Below are positions 63,195 through 64,000 of a stretch of DNA of 64,000 bases, in pieces. The stretch spans positions 150,037-214,036 of the forward strand of contig JAXDML010000010.1 in the NCBI GenBank assembly GCA_034666125.1, given 5' to 3'. Numbering within the stretch: the stretch's first letter is position 1; each line of letters begins with the position of its first letter. The notes beneath the pieces were generated by a model that saw only the letters and a program-made list of their open reading frames with translations, did no database searches and was not told where the DNA came from. This DNA is from Candidatus Parcubacteria bacterium (GTDB lineage: Bacteria; Patescibacteriota; Minisyncoccia; Phycocordibacterales; Phycocordibacteraceae). Position numbers and translations under genes: made by a program.

Positions 63195-64000
63195 CTAGCG
63201 CTTTACGGGCGCCTGATGAGAAAGCCCGATGCGCAGGAGCTCCTCGGCGATAAGCCGGGCAGCGTCCGGATTCGCGAAGCCTTGTGCGGCCGCGCTCATG
63301 ACGTTCGCCACTGCCGGATTCGTGATGCGCTTGATCTCGGACATGAGGATGTGCGGCGTCATGTTCTCTTCCTCGAGCACGACCGCGGCTCCCGTACGCG
63401 CGTACGCGTACGCGTTCGTCCGTTGATCGTGACTGATGGACTCCGGTATGGGAACGAGGATGGAGGGCTTCCCCCAGAGCGATATCTCCGCGATGGCGGT
63501 CGAGCCCGCGCGCGATACCACCACGTCCGCCGCGCCTGCGGCGCGGCGCAGCGGTTCGAGAGTCAGGTACGGGAATGCATGATACCGACCCGCGTTCCCG
63601 CCGCTTCCCAGGACCACCCTGGAACGCGCAGACACTTCCGGGAAGTTATCCTTCCCCGTCTGGTGGATGACGTTCGCGAACGACGTCAGGTCAAGCAGTC
63701 CTTCAAGCACGATCTCGTTGATGCGCTTCGAGCCGGACGAGCCTCCGATGACGAAGACCGTCGGGACTCCCGGATCAAGGCCGAGTTCCTGCTTCGCGCC
63801 CTCGGGAAGCGGCTGCGTCATGAGCCCGCGCACGGGGATGCCCGTCAGCGCGATGTTCCCCCGCACCTTCTTCGGGAAGTACGGGATGGAGCTTTCGAAG
63901 GAAACCGCGATGCGCTTGGCGAACTTCGCCGCAAGCAGAACCGCCCGGCTCGGCTTCGAATCCGATTCGTGGACCATGACGGGTATGCCGAGCAGCCGTG
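63195..64000 (-). CDS. murG: MurG glycosyltransferase, C-terminal part (gene runs off the window end)
   Basis: GT-B C-terminal domain with VFVIGGSSGSKRIN (GGSQGA-like) motif. No stop reached before 64000 in the minus frame. Confidence 0.7.
   Translation of the reverse strand, partial: RLLGIPVMVHESDSKPSRAVLLAAKFAKRIAVSFESSIPYFPKKVRGNIALTGIPVRGLMTQPLPEGAKQELGLDPGVPTVFVIGGSSGSKRINEIVLEGLLDLTSFANVIHQTGKDNFPEVSARSRVVLGSGGNAGRYHAFPYLTLEPLRRAAGAADVVVSRAGSTAIAEISLWGKPSILVPIPESISHDQRTNAYAYARTGAAVVLEEENMTPHILMSEIKRITNPAVANVMSAAAQGFANPDAARLIAEELLRIGLSHQAPVKR

Noticed and set aside
1-64000. CRISPR array, transposase/IS elements, rRNA genes
   Set aside because: No short direct repeats with regular spacers, no transposase-like ORFs or terminal inverted repeats, and no rRNA-like conserved stretches were seen by eye.

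Overview
This is a 64-kb high-GC (~62%) bacterial chromosomal window with dense housekeeping genes, mostly leaderless-looking starts (TATAMT -10 box 5-10 nt before ATG, no Shine-Dalgarno) and many rho-independent terminators. The core genes include: ABC-2 exporter, proS, mreBCD-mrdA, greA, lysS (with an unusual C-terminal PTH2/DUF2000-like domain), a minimal dcw cluster (mraZ-rsmH-ftsL-ftsI-murF) with phased MraZ-box repeats upstream, tRNA-Glu(CTC), cfa, truB-like, yqeY, rmuC, an OMP-like beta-barrel, rplU, an ePK-like kinase, recR, dnaB, cysS, mntH, a truncated corA-like gene, ctpA, rplI, rpmA, a DEDDh exonuclease, LOG, pyrF, pyrE, metK, lysA, an HhH-GPD glycosylase, an EnvC-like M23 peptidase, gltX and a partial murG. 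Embedded at ~38.7-51.1 kb is a ~12-kb low-GC (33-48%) accessory island with no integrase. It carries small secreted and basic proteins in repeated modules, an island-specific TAGGGTAGGGRAG-N5-TATAAT promoter motif, 83-bp direct repeats, and a 1.3-kb ORF-free structured region holding a tRNA-like gene with a 34-nt insertion. It also carries a secreted SNase-family nuclease, a PUA-like/HNH endonuclease, and a compact three-gene operon (unknown 306-aa protein, 4-TM membrane protein, HEPN-motif protein). That operon is the best candidate here for an undescribed defense-type system. The island's right junction truncates a 2OG-Fe(II) oxygenase gene. Two 14-15-nt poly-G tracts lie in divergent promoter regions.
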